Below the pieces are notes generated by a model. That model worked only from the letters and a program-made list of their open reading frames with translations. It had not been told where the DNA came from and did no database searches. A program made the translations under genes and the position numbers. A stretch of 64,000 bases of DNA, taken from assembly GCF_022539665.2 (NCBI RefSeq), contig NC_081332.1:434001-498000 (forward strand), given 5' to 3'. Positions 21,628-34,687 of this stretch are shown piece after piece (the first letter of the stretch is position 1; the number at the start of each line of letters is the position of its first letter). Source of the DNA: Daphnia carinata. Taxonomy: Eukaryota.

Positions 21628-24600
21628 TTATGATTCAGCGTCTCCAGCAAGTTGGTAATGCTGTTTTCGAAGGGCTGATAATCGAAGACGTTCTTTTTCC
21701 AGTAAAGACTCGAATTCCAACACTTTAACTTGCGACTCCATCTCTAATCGTTTCGCTTGATGTAAAGTTAAATGTGCAAAATCCAAAACCGCTGGACACG
21801 GAGAAAAACTTGTTAGTATTATGTTCATTTAATAAATGTTTATAATAATTACTGGACTCCTCAACAAGTTGTGCACAATGTTTGGCTGTTGCAACAACTC
21901 TTCCGGTGGCCAGCGAAACACCCTTAGATGATTCAGCCAATATTTGAAGATTTTTACTTTGGAGTTCCGCTTTAACACGGCTAGCAAATACGAGCTGAGC
22001 TGTTGATGCAGCTATTTCTTGAGATGCCACTGTTAACTGTTCAAACTTAGCCTGCCCTTTAACCACATTGTCTGCTGCGTCTCTGTGATACAATTAATTC
22101 CTTGAAATGCAGAATAAGTAAAAAATGTTAGTAATTCACTACGTCAATAGTTTTGCACCAAAGCCGACGGCCTTCGCTGCGGATAGCAGTCCTTCCGTCC
22201 AACGATGATTTCTTTTGTAAAAATCTCGTGCAGATGCCGATCCTATAGTAGTAAAAATACATGTAAACTTTAAAATGGCGCATATTTCATTGAGTCTTTA
22301 CCTTTGCCACGTGCTACTATTTCTTCTTGAAGCACTTTGGCATTTCGAATCAATTCGACAATCGCCTTCATTAAAGCAGTACAGGAATCTAGAACCTTTT
22401 CGCTCACTTCTAGCTTTACTCCGGTGTGAGACTTTTTAGAATTATCCCAAAGTTGAGCAATTCGCGCAGCTGCCTCTTCTATAGCACGCTCCATTGCTCC
22501 TAATTCGTTTTCGAGTTCTTCTCCAACGTTTCCTTGTTCGGAACTGTTCTTCGATGATTCCATTACGAACTCAATTTCTTTCTCAAGATCCCGCAATGCA
22601 TCTTTGACCTTTTAAGAATTTCCAGGTAAAACGACTGAACGTCCAATTAACGAATAAAAGTATGAACCTTGTTTGAATTCAAGTTGATTTCCTCAATTTC
22701 AAAAGGTTGTTGTAAGACTTTAAAGAAGAGTACTGCTACTTTTCCTGCGGCAACACACTTCTTCAGTAAATCATCAACTTTGTCGATATCTGTTAGACTA
22801 TGAGCTAGCTGCTGTCCATGAAGAAGCATCCAGTCAACTGACTGTACAAAAGGGAATATCAGAGGTATTGTGAAGCATGCTATTTCTTCATTTTTGTTGT
22901 TTGAACAATAGGAACACAAAGACTCCGATAGTGTTTCCAATAAAGATACAGCTCCGGCTATGGTAGATCCTCCATGATCTAAGATTGAGTTGGATTTCAT
23001 TCAATTGAATTTTGTTTTTGTTAGTTTTTTATATCAATTTTTGGATTTAGCGTTACTTCAATTCATCAAATACATACCTTGAACGTTTAAGGCAAACACG
23101 GGTGGTTTCGATAAGTCCGTGACACATTTTCCCAAATATTGCTCGGCCTTTAAGCAACAATTTACTATTCAGTTTCCATAATATGTCATATTTAAAAAAT
23201 GGAGGAAATGTTAATTAAGTAAAAATAATATGCGCTTTGACAACTATTACTTAATAGCTGATGAAACAAATTGATGGATTTCAATTTGCTAGTATGAAGC
23301 TCCGATTTGTAACTAGTGGATAACAAATCTTTCTGATGTAATAATTTCTGGGTTTCCTCCTGCAGTTGGGCATTTTCACTTTCTAGATTTTGTACATGTT
23401 TTTCTAACATGGAAACGCTTTCCTAAAAAACCAACAAAGAACATAACCACCGGCACCCGACACCAGTACACAAATGAATGTTAAAAGAATTCCACGTTAG
23501 TTAAACTGGACGATACCTACTTTCATGTCAGTGGCACACGATTTCAATTTCTCTTTTTCAGCACTAACATCAAGTATGACAGCTTCTTTAATGATTTTAT
23601 AATCACTGTACTCTTGCTCCATTTTCTTGCTACTTTCGATTGATTGGTTCAATGCTTCTTTTAAATCGATTGATGTTTGGTTCGTAAGCTCCAACTCCTT
23701 CTTTAGTTCAACAGTCAACAACGCTAAGCCTTTTTTTTCTTCTTGGACATCATTAATTTGTTTATTCGCCATGTGGAAGCATTCTTCAAGATTCTCATAT
23801 TTTTCCTACAAACATTCCAAGTGTTAAAAGCGGGTAATGGTTATATATAATTTTTAAAAATCTGTATTTTTAGTACTAACCTGCAAATTAATTTTATTCT
23901 CTGATAACTCTTCCTTTTCTTTCATAAGCTGAAGAATTGTGGCATCCTGAGAAGTTTTGAATGCTGAAAACTCAAGTTCAATATTCGCTGCCCTTACTTT
24001 CAATTGCTCAAAATCGTTCGCAATTTCCTCCCGTTCCTTGGCCGTCAACTTTAAAGTAGCATTCAGTAGTTGTACCTCGGTTACAAGCTTATTATTTTGT
24101 TCCCGAAATTCCGAAAGTAAATTTTCGGCCTCTGCAATTTTTTGTTCGGCGGTTGACAGCGACGTCTAAACAAAATTTTTATGTTGGATTTAATTCCATG
24201 ACGTTAGTTAAAATGGACTTTACCTACTTTCATGTCGGTGGCACACGATTTCAATTTCTCTTTTTCAGCACTAACATCAAGTATGACAGCTTCTTTAATG
24301 ATTTTATAATCACTGTACTCTTGTTCCATTTTCTTGCTACTTTCGATTGATTGGTTCAATGCTTCTTTTAAATCGATTGATGTTTGGTTCATAAGCTCCA
24401 ATTCCTTCTTCAGCTCAACAGTCAACAACGCTAATGCTTGTTTTTCTTCTTGGGCATCATTAATTTGTTTATTGGCCATGTGATAGCATGTTTCAAGATT
24501 CTCATATTTTTCCTACAAACATTCCAAGTGTTAAAAGCGGGTAATGGTTATATATAATTTTTAAAAATCTGTATTTTTAGTACTAACCTGCAAATTAATT

Positions 24601-27600
24601 TTATTCACTGATACCTCTTCCTTTTCTTTCATAAGCTGAAGAATTGTGGCATCCTGAGAAGATCTGAATGCTGAAAACTCAACGTCAATATTCGCTGCCC
24701 TTACCTTCAACTGCTCAAAATCGCTCACAATTTCCTCCCGCTCCTTTGCCGTCAACTCTAAGGTAGCATTCAGTTGTTGTACCTCGGTTACAAGCTTATT
24801 ATTTTGTTCCCGAAATTCTGAAAGTAAATTTTCGGTCTCTGCAATTTTTTTTTCGGCGGTTGACAGCGACATCTAAAGAAAATTTTCATGTCAAATTTAA
24901 TTCGCTTCCACTATTTAAAAAAAGAGAGCGCATTACATTTAATTGGCTGTTGATCTCTTGAAGAGCTACATTTTCATTATTAAGTTTTTGGATCGTTGCA
25001 GCGTCAGCCGTTCTCAACACATTAAACTCGTTTTCTGTTTCTTTGATACTCGCCTTCGATAACTGAAGTGAATCTTGAAGTTCGCACTGTATTTTTTGGC
25101 TTTGTTCGAGCGCAGCGTTGGCGACTGAAAACTTTTTGTCGATTTCCGCCTTATGACGTAGAAGTTTAATATGCTCATCGCGCAATTTTTGATAAACTTC
25201 TTTCAGTTTCACAAACTTATCTTCCCATCCTTTAGCACGTTTTTCGGTTTCCTAATAAATTTTAAAAAAAGGTAAAGTAGATAACTTGTTGAAATGACAG
25301 TAACGTAGATGTTTTCGGATACGTCTAACTGTAATTGGACGACGGAGCCCATTTGCGCCGATTTTGCTGCTTCGCTTAATTTTCGTTCAATAGTTTCCTT
25401 GTCTTTCATAGCCTCTTGAATTTCGTTTTCTTTCTCAGATAAGCGAATTTCCATATTAAGCAATTCCTGCCGTAGAATCCCAGTCTCCTGATTATATTCG
25501 GCACGAACCTTCCTCAGTTCGGCCGATAATTGTTCCAGCTGATGTAAAAGATGTTCTATGTACCGATCTCTGCAAAAGGATGAAGACGTGATCAATTAAA
25601 TTTGCTTCAAATTGGGTCTGACGCAAGATATGAAACCTTTCAAGCAACAAATCCGGGGAACACTCGTTGCTTTCTGATAGGTCGGATTCCAGTTGAACTA
25701 GTGTTTCATCAACATGCGATGGCTGAAATGTTTCGTTTGGTAATATAACAACTGGCGTGACGTGACGACTTAGCTCACTGGATATCAAGAAGTTCGGTGG
25801 GTTCTATGGTTCAACAGACAGTGATTAATTTGAGAACCGGTTCTAATGAATTCGGCAAACTACCAAAGTAAATAATCACTATGATTTTTGCAAGATAAAT
25901 ATACCTCATCCAAGTTAGGCACTTGGATAAGTGATTTGAAATATTGGAGAGTGCTGGATTGTAAATAAAACTGCCGCAAAGCCTTAAATTGTTTTTGAAA
26001 TCTGATACGGTGACCCTCCAAAGTGTCGGGAGGAAGACCTAGACAGGTAATCTTGATTCAAATTTTTGGGGTAGTGGATAGTAAAATGGTACAACTTACA
26101 ATTGTGCAGTTTAAAAAGAAGCTTCACGATGAAATCATAAACTTGCGAAGAATCTTGAATGCATGGAATGAGAGGAGCTAGACGGCACTGCCCGGCATTC
26201 GTCATAGAATTAGATCGCGACATATCCAATGAACCAAACACTATAGACCGGGAGAACAAATAGAGAGAAAAAAGGAGAGAAAAAAGGAGAGAAAAAAGGA
26301 GAGAAAAAAGGAGAGAAAAAAGGAGAGAAAAAAGGAGAGAAAAAAGGAGAGAAAAAAGGAGAGAAAAAAGGAGAGAAAAAAGGAGAGAAAAAAGGAGAGA
26401 AAAAAGGAGAGAAAAAAGGAGAGAAAAAAGGAGAGAAAAAAGGAGAGAAAAAAGGAGAGAAAAAAAGGAGAAAAAAAGGAGAGAAAAAAAGGAGAGAAAA
26501 AAAGGAGAGAAAAAAAGGAGAGAAAAAGAAAGAAAGGAAGAAAAAGAAATAAAGAAAAAAGAAAGAAAGAAAAAAAAAGGAAAAAAAATGTGGAGAAAAA
26601 AAATCGTTTTCAATAAAAGTTCTTTCAAAAAATTTTGAACAATATGAAATACCGCACCAGCCGTTTGCAGAGAAAGAATTTCATCCATATAATCCAGCAG
26701 CTCAACAGACAACTGGAAACTAGGCAACGCAAATGAATTAGATAATGAAATCACCTTATCAAACTTATCTCAATCCTTGTGTCACCGGCAGCATCGTATT
26801 TTTTTTAATGAACGACTGAATGACTTACTACAAGTTAATGTCGTGTTCACAGACCAAATCGATTTCTTCATCTTTTAACATCAGATTGCCAGGAAATTTT
26901 TGATTTCTTTTGTGGAAATCCAGCTTGACCACAAGTAGTCGACAGTATACATATATCAACTTTCCATATCCTTCTTTAAAATGTCCCTGTAAGAAAAGAA
27001 TGCCATAAAAAATTTGCAAATATTATCACACCATCTGGAAGGTAACCAACCCATAACTTCCCCTTGTCAACTAAAAAATCTCTATGTTGCTGGGAATCTT
27101 TCTGTGAACATTAAATGACAATATCAATTTAGTTTTTTTAACAGAAAATCTCCATAATATTTACCAAGACATTTGGATGCCCCTCCCGCAAAATTTTATG
27201 TAAAGTGTTGCAAAATTTCCATGCAACAATTGGATTTGAATGTATTGGTAACCTCAGGATAATAGACCAAAAAGCCTGGCTCCCCTTACCTTGAAAGGTA
27301 CCAATAATGGCACCTGCAAAATGTAGAAACATGGTTAAGTTGAACAGAATGATTGGAAAAATATTTTTAGCTTACTGCGAACATGCTTGGATTTAACGGG
27401 TACCTCAGATTCATTTACCGCCTTACAGATAGCCAAAGTCTATAAAAGATAGAAGTGTAAATAATTTTTCTTTACAGCAAATAATGTAGAATAACGCACT
27501 TGTGTTTTTTCAAAATTTTCTCGTTCCTGATCTAAAATAACAACACAGCCAGATGACTCATTTTGTTACATCATCTAAGTTTTTATAAATATATCCTTAT

Positions 27601-27651
27601 TTTACCAAGTGAAGTACGGGAGCGATTTGGAGGCAAAGTGCGACCAGCCAT
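21628..27651 (-). CDS. HIP1: Huntingtin-interacting protein 1 / Sla2 family (ANTH - coiled coil - I/LWEQ), multi-exon
   Basis: ATG at 27651 (MAGRTLPP); ANTH AWKFCNTLHKILREGHP, MSRSNSMTNAGQCRLAPLIPCIQDSSQ; talin-like EIAASTAQLVFASRVKA, EMESQVKVLEFESLLEKERLRLSALRKQHY; GT-AG introns. Confidence 0.93.
23497..24885 (-). repeat. 707-bp intragenic tandem duplication (two exons + introns) in HIP1
   Basis: 23497-24178 ~ 24204-24885; exons 23881-24165 and 23521-23805 repeated at +707. Confidence 0.92.
26262..26590. repeat. Intronic purine-only minisatellite (GGAGAGAAAAAA)n decaying into A-rich purine tract
   Basis: 16 perfect 12-mers from 26274, then 11/13-mer variants. Confidence 0.95.
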
Positions 27652-28499
27652 ATTATTTTGATGCGGCAGTTTGCAGGTAGTACTAAAATCAGTACAACCT
27701 CTTGGTGACCCTCCCAAGAACCACAAAATGATGACAATTACTACAAATCGCTAACTTGGCTCGAAGATGAAGGGAGATATGTACAGGAAACGTCCAACCT
27801 AACTCAGGAAGTTACCTGTCATTTCTGAAAGTGTATACAAACTTTGCAGCGCAGGGTCTATATCTTACCGGTTATCAGTATAAAATCAAAAATCCGTCAA
27901 CAATGCTGCGACCTAGCGGTCAGATTGCCCTTCTCAGTACCGACTAAAAAAATATACTAAGTTGTAGTACAATGTGCCAAAGAGGCAAAAGCAAAATGCA
28001 AAACGTTTGAAAAAAACACGAACTGTACAATAAGGAACCATAAAAAACGGCTGCCAAAAGCTCAGCCACCCGAAATGAGAATTAAATTTTTAAATACTAT
28101 TACAAGATGGCAAGAACTAAAATGGAAATGTATTATTGCAGAAGCGCGCGCGCACAACATTTTCAGCAAATATTTACGAATAGTTCAAATAGTTGATTTC
28201 TTATGGCTTTTTCTTTGAAATCATTGAATGGTAGATTGTTTATGGTGATATGTTTAGGGGTGGGGCCTGGGGGGGGATTTTGTTTGCCCCCCTCCTCTCC
28301 GAAAATGCTATTCGGGGCACAATCGCAGGATTACTTTAGGATAAATTTTTTACACGGTCGTCGTTTCGTACCGAACCTGACTGAGTTCGGGACGAAAAAT
28401 ATTACACCCTGAACGGCTTGTCGGGCCAGAAAGGGCTTCAAAAAAGCACTGGCTTAGGCGAAAGCCAAGCCACGCCAAGCGCTTGTCTTATTACTCAAC

Positions 28500-29260
28500 G
28501 TCCATGATCTACGAAAATCAAGGCAGAACAAAGTGAGCTCGAAACGCCACAACCAGAGAAACGCAGATGTTGCTGGCATTATTGCAATTTTGATAACAAA
28601 CTTCACATGTTTAACCATTAGTTTTTATTTATTTATTGTCACAATTGTTTTTTTTCTGTTTTGTTAGGTAATGATAGGAAATACCGAGATGAATTATTCG
28701 CGTGCGAGAAAAGCAGTTGAGAAGTCTCCGATGTATGGTTATCTTATATCTTGTGCCATTTATTATGTTTTCACAATCTCATAAGATTTATTACTGACCT
28801 ATAGGGTTTGACATTTATGAAGTACCAGGTGAAAAAGTGAACAGTGAGAGGTGCTGGAAATTTATAAATCACAGGACTGAACATTTCTTAAGTAGTGTGT
28901 GGTAATGTATCAATTTGTTAAGAAATATATTGCACTATTTACTAGGAAAAATTTCAAGTATAGTTACTTGTGAAGGCTGCAATGCAAACACCGACTTCCT
29001 TTTCAGCTTGTTCTACATGCTTAAAGCATCTTGATTACATATTCTTTATGGCAAGTAAAAGGTTCATTTGTTAACATGTTTGGTTAAAACATACAGAATT
29101 TGTCTTATCACTGTTATCAGAATCTGATATACAATGAAAGAATGCAGACTTTCGGTTTCAACACTTGGAGGTATTTACTCTCAGATGTGAGTGAATTCTT
29201 TCATTATCCTTTTTGTTTCCTATTGCTTCTGTTCAACTAAAACTTTTGCGTCACAGGACT
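28500..29260 (+). ncRNA. Putative spliced non-coding transcript or pseudogene divergent from HIP1
   Basis: short GT-AG introns 28733-28804 (TACTGAC branch), 28902-28963, 29187-29256 (GTGAGT); joined exons give no continuous ORF. Confidence 0.4.
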
Positions 29261-29349
29261 AAAAAAATTGCAAAGTAAACCTGCTCCCTAACGACCCTCC
29301 AGTTTAACGGGGGTTCAACTTCTCGCCCGTTTGGAATTGAGTTCATTAT

Positions 29350-29796
29350 TATTTTATTTGTGTTTTGTGAATGTGTCTATCGAATTTTGATACGAATCAT
29401 TATAATAATATCACATCTATTAATCTTATAGATATTGTATTATTTATATTACGTTTATAATATTTACAGTGTTTAACTCAGTTTCTAAGTGATTGTGGAA
29501 GGAATGTTGCACATTTCTAAACATAACCCCAACAGTACCACGTAAGAATTGATATGTTTGAATTCTCTGTATTCGTTTAGTTGGTCAACCAATTCTTTTA
29601 ATTTTCCAGTTCTTACGTAATGCTGTTGAGGTTGCGCTACCTTCCACAATTAAATGGAAATTGGGTTGAACATTTGAAAAATTATAATTCTAATATAAAT
29701 ATACAGTGTTATAAATTGAGTAATATAATAATTCACTGTTAATCATAGCAGGAGCAAGATTCCATAGATTTATTCACACATTATTCACAAATAAAA
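29350..29796 (+). repeat. Long imperfect inverted repeat (~200-bp arms, ~50-nt loop)
   Basis: ttttatttgtg/cacaaataaaa, attgtggaagg/ccttccacaat, acgtaagaa/ttcttacgt nested symmetrically. Confidence 0.8.
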
Positions 29797-30048
29797 CCAC
29801 TAATGTCTTTTCGCAACCGTTATGAATTACCTTCTAAAAGCCTCAAGTCCCAGAGCGGTTCATCAGTCTTTTCTAGTTAACCGATTGGGTAGCAAGCAGG
29901 TACTCTGACCTCTATGGCCGAGAGATGAGGCACGATTAAATGGTAGTTCTTTTATCCGTGTAGTAGAATAAACAAACCATTCAAATGGTTTATTTGTTCT
30001 ACTACTAGTTCAGATTTTAAAGAATTTTACCATTTTTTCAAATGCTAT

Positions 30049-30838
30049 TCACCTTCGTAAACCTTCATCGTACCGAGCTGCATAGTGTAGGACGGTTTCA
30101 CCATTCGCTGATGCAACATTGACGTTTGTTGGCATCAATATTGTTTTCTTTCGCTCTTCGTGTTGGTGTGCAATAGCCACCATTAACGGAGTTTCACCGA
30201 AATGGTTGTACTCCGTCAATTCGCAATTGTGGTGTTTTAATATCTTTATTAGCAGCATGCCGTTCTCTGCTGCTGCTATGTGCGATTGTTTTTCCGTTTT
30301 GTATTATCTCTGGGTGTGCCCCGAAAGATAATAGCAAATCTGTCAGATCGCGGCTGTTTTTTCGTACTTCTTCCCGTTTTAAAATTTTTCGTTCATGAGT
30401 GAGGCCACTTGTTGTCTTGGCCAACTTTCCCGAACTTTTATCTTGCGGAGTATACACTGCCTTACAATTTCCGCTGTGTCCCTATCATACTTAAAGAAAC
30501 TCTACCTTTCTTTAACTTCATTATGGGATTTCTCCAACTTCCTATCCTTCCTGCTCTCGCTGCCAATACTGAAGCGATGGCCTTCATTCTGCAGTTGTTG
30601 CATTTTTCCGTTTCGCGCCAGGTTCTGAGTAATTTCTTTCCACTTCACTTGGCAAGTCACATACTAAAAAATTGTCATCGTCGAAGTCACTGTAATACTG
30701 CAGCCCCAAGTAATAACTCTCATTTGCACTTGCTCCGCTTGCATGCGAGTCCAATTCCCGATGTGAGTGATTATTTCCCTCTTTACTTTCCGTGTCACTG
30801 ATTGTGATCAACTCGTACTGTCGCTCTCTTTTCGGCAC
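30049..30838 (-). pseudogene. Intronless frameshifted ankyrin-repeat protein gene
   Basis: DLLLSFGA, GKTIAH, GETPLMVA, NVASANGETVLHYAA in adjacent frames. Confidence 0.7.
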
Positions 30839-31672
30839 TTATAGGATGATCGTCACTTTCTCTTCTTCGGTGTGGATTTTGGATGCACTTGACATTTCTT
30901 TTTCTTTTTGATAACTTGTTGAGAATTTTTGGAACACTGTAGAATTTAGGCGATTGAAGCACTGGGAAGAGCCTTGGTTTTACAATTTGCTTAAATGCTG
31001 TTAAGTATAAAGAGCTTTCTACGGGATTCTTCTCTTAACATGACCCATTTTGTTTTGACTTTCCATTATCAAGTTAGGTTATTGTATCTTCTCTTTTTCG
31101 TTTGTTTGTTTATGTTTTTTATTTCTTGTTTTGTTTGGTACTCTCGTTTCGAATGTGCAACGGCATAGGTCTTCCCATACAACGCCATATCCGACCACAT
31201 AAGTACAACTGGTGTGCTTTCCAGTGGTCCAAAAAATATTCTCGGAGGCAATTGGGGTTTTGGTTGGTTGTCTTGGTCTTGCAGTACGGTTGTCTAGGTA
31301 TATGGTGTTCTCTTTGCGAGTATTCTCTGGTGTATGATGATCAAACGGCACTCGCCTACCTTGATGGTGTTCCTCGGTCTGGTAGGGTTTGAAGACTCGT
31401 TGAGGAAGTGTAAAGCACAACACTGAAAAAACTACGGGAAGCAACTTGTGCTGGTAGCAATTGTTGGTCTCGTTGGGACGTCCAATAGTAAAAGTTTCCT
31501 TTTTACCCGTGTATTACAGTGAGTTGCTGAGACAACTCTGAAATACATGTTACAATCATGCGATATTTATGTCAATACATAATGCAAATTACAAGCTAAC
31601 GAGAGAAGGATTACAATCGCATTCGCTTGTTGGTTAGAGGACCGCATGAGGGGATGTAGAAAGTCCAACGTT

Positions 31673-32067
31673 CTACAACATAACTTGAATATTGTTGAAA
31701 TAAAAATCTTGTGGGGGGTCCCAATGGCGGGAAGACCAGCCGTAGAGGGGTGGATGTCTCCTCGCTGGGTCCAGATCCAGGACGAGTTTCAGCGTGTCGA
31801 TTGCGCACTCTCTATAGAGCGTATTCCCCAGCTTTCCCAGCAATTCGTTAATTTTTTCTTCCAAAACGCGCACCACCCGGACCTCTCCCTGGCCCCAGTC
31901 GTCCCGGCTCAGTATTAGGACGATTCGGATGACTCCCGAACCGTAGTGAAATGGTCGTCCTCGGATGGGGGTGGCCGCGGTTGCGGTAAAGGATTACCGA
32001 TTTCGTCGATCCTAAGCCATGCCCTCTCGTCCGCCGTGATAAATTCGTTATTAGAGTTGGATTCCAT
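31673..32067 (-). pseudogene. Retroelement accessory ORF-X homologue (degenerate)
   Basis: LKLVLDLDPARRHPPLYGWSSRHWD matches 39367-39852; internal stops/frameshift. Confidence 0.8.
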
Positions 32068-32203
32068 TGCTTACGAGTTCTTTTAGAAAGAGAAATTGTC
32101 GTCTCTATGTGTAAAGCATTCTTTTAGTAATTGAAAGAATGACTTTACGTTATTTAAGACAAATTGTAATTTAGAAAATTAAACTCGGAAGGCGTTACCA
32201 CAA

Positions 32204-32916
32204 TGTCGAATATCTTTTATTCTAATAGGCCAAAAGGATAATAAAAGGATACACAGTTATAGGGCATAAATGGGAAACAGAAATATAAATGGAGTTATGC
32301 GAATTTAGTCTTACCGTCACCGCCGTGGCGAAGATAAAAATAGAGATGATAAATGTTGTACGGGAAAGATAAAGATAATAGGGCTGTCAGTCGCACAAGA
32401 AGCAATGAAAAGCACTCACAATAATTATTGAATAAGAAACAAATTAAACCCACTAGATTTGAGGAATTAAGCAGCACTTGTAGCACTAAGAATGGAAACT
32501 ATGACTGGAACTGGAACAGGAACAAGAGAGAACGGAAGAGAACTGAAGATAACTGAAGAACTGACTTTTGGGAACAAAAGGGCATCCTTTTATATATTTT
32601 ACATGTTTGAGGGAAACATAGCATTTCCGACAGATGAGCTCCGGATATAAGTTATTGAATATCTCACGCAGCAACATTTCATATTCATGGAAATGTATGG
32701 TGCGATGTTCTACGCATGAAGCTCATCCAATCAGCAATAAGCAGGATGTAAAGTATAATATAAAAATAGAATTCAAGGAAATGTCAATGACACTTGAATT
32801 ACTATATTTATAATGTATACTTTAAATATAAAACATAGTATATAATTTTAATATAAAGAAAACAAACAATGAAGATAAAATACAATTAAAAGTTGTATTT
32901 TGATGACTTCGTTACA
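32204..32916 (-). mobile_element. LTR-1 (divergent relative of family A LTRs)
   Basis: TGTAACGAAGTCA...TTCGACA on minus; followed by the same TTGTGG..AACGCC leader and hairpin as LTR-2/3. Confidence 0.7.
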
Positions 32917-32955
32917 TATGACTGCGAAGAAGCTGTGATTCACATCACTGGGCGT

Positions 32956-33700
32956 ACAGCTTTTATAATAGTCCTCTGTTGTTGTTCGAGAAGTACGCAG
33001 TTTGGTGGCATTACACTTCATTTCTGTAACAAATTGGTTTCCTCCGATTTCTTTGCGTACGTGGATTTATATCTTGATGCTGGTGACACATCATCTTTGC
33101 GCTCAGTTTGCTGAATTTCGGAATCGCAAGCGGCGCGTAGAGGGTCAGGTTCAAAAATTGGTGTTGAATGTTGTTGATTTTTCGTAACGCAATAAACGTC
33201 ATTTGATGACAATTGCTCTTGGGTCGACAGACGAGATTTATGGATCATAATATCTTCTAGTACGAGTTGTTGACCCATCGAATTGGTGTCTGTTACCAAT
33301 TTTGACAAGACATCGAATTCAATATTTTGTTGCCTCACAACTTCATCATCGAGCCCGTGTTCAGTAACATCTGTTGTTTGGATCACAATTGACTTGCGGA
33401 ATCGGTTCTCAAATTCCGAGGGAGTCTCTAGTGGAGGGCAATGCTCATGTTTCCATAGCATTGTTTCATATAACGGTTTTAATCTATTTACATGCGTACG
33501 CTGACAAATATACGAATTATCTGCGATGGCTACTGTGTTATTTGAACAAGCTTTTACTGTTCTATAAGGTTCTTTATACTTTTAAGTGAATTCCTACTGT
33601 CTCCTTCTTTAACTACTCGAATATCTAATAACACCCGATCGCCTATCACATATCGGTTTTCTTTTGCGCGTTTATTATACAAATCCCTCTGATTGCAAGA
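32956..33700 (-). mobile_element. Family A integrase C-terminal fragment
   Basis: YNKRAKENRYVIGDRVLL, MLWKHEHCPPLETP homologous to 40040-40760. Confidence 0.85.
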
Positions 33701-34143
33701 CCTGACTGCAAGAAACTCATAATTTTTAACATCGTATATAAGATAGAAAACAAAAGTGAGAGATAGAAATATGAAAATAATTAAGACACAGAAAAGCAAT
33801 GATGGATTTGGTCATTGTCTTATCCTTTCTCTTTTTTTTTTTAACTCAGACGTTATCCTCTTTATTATGTTTATTAGCGAATTCTTTAGTAGCATCTTTC
33901 ATGTTTGTTTATTCGCTATACTTTTTTTTTTAATGAGAAAAAGAATTCAGACAAATGCAAGATCGAAAATTTGTATGTAATGGTTAATAAACTACTAAAG
34001 AAACACAAGGTATATGTATAAAAAAAATCAAGTGTGGAGAAAATAAAAGACAAGAAACAATAATTTTAATCATCTGGATTCAGAAATCTCGCTCCATTTG
34101 GGCGCCTTCCGGGTCGTCCGCAGGTAGGGCACACGTCCTGCAC

Positions 34144-34644
34144 CTACCATTGGGATAGCGCCCAATTTTGTGGTGGAGGCATTCGGTTTCGTGGATCGAG
34201 CTCCAGAATTTCTTGAATCTTCTCCACAGACCGTTGCCAATTCTCTTCGTTTAGAGCTTTGTGTAGCTCTATCTTCAAAACCCCTGTTCGCAGATGGAGT
34301 TCGTGCAGGTGTAAGTCGTGTCGGGTAGGCCAGGTGGGGCGCGGGCAAGAACGTACGGGTTCCGGCATTAGTGTAGCGATTGGTCGTACCCGCACCGGGC
34401 TGGATGGCGCCTGAGGTGGAGCCGGGTTGGGCTGGACCCGGGGTGGAACACGGATCCGGAGTGGAAGATTCACCTGAGGTGGAAAAGGGACCTGGGGCGA
34501 AACAGGTAAGGTAAGGAAAGCGACAGATGGCCCCGCTACCGGCTCACTCGAATTATCTTGTCGAAGTCGCCAAGATCTGTCGGAACTATGCCGACGAGTT
34601 GTGTAGGGTGACAGTTTATAATTTCCGTTGTTGTCTTTAGGCAT
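34144..34644 (-). CDS. Divergent ORF-X homologue (Pro-rich N-terminus; the stop may be premature)
   Basis: NWQRSVEKIQEILELDPRNRMPPPQNWALSQW aligns to WHAAINTLKGILDLDPERRHPPLYGWTTCHW. Confidence 0.6.
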   Translation of the reverse strand: MPKDNNGNYKLSPYTTRRHSSDRSWRLRQDNSSEPVAGPSVAFLTLPVSPQVPFPPQVNLPLRIRVPPRVQPNPAPPQAPSSPVRVRPIATLMPEPVRSCPRPTWPTRHDLHLHELHLRTGVLKIELHKALNEENWQRSVEKIQEILELDPRNRMPPPQNWALSQW

Positions 34645-34687
34645 TTTTTCTTCTAAAAATGAATTTTTCTGGTTCTTTAGGTGGCTT

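Noticed and set aside
26006..26030. Similarity to the Tc1-like end at 48661-48689
   Set aside because: Lies inside a conserved HIP1 coding exon; short chance match
25984..26754. 256-aa (LLFS)n membrane-like ORF
   Set aside because: Read-through of HIP1 exons and an intronic 12-bp minisatellite
31069..31560. Possible env remnant after ORF-X in the LTR-1 unit
   Set aside because: No frame aligns convincingly to either env; left unassigned
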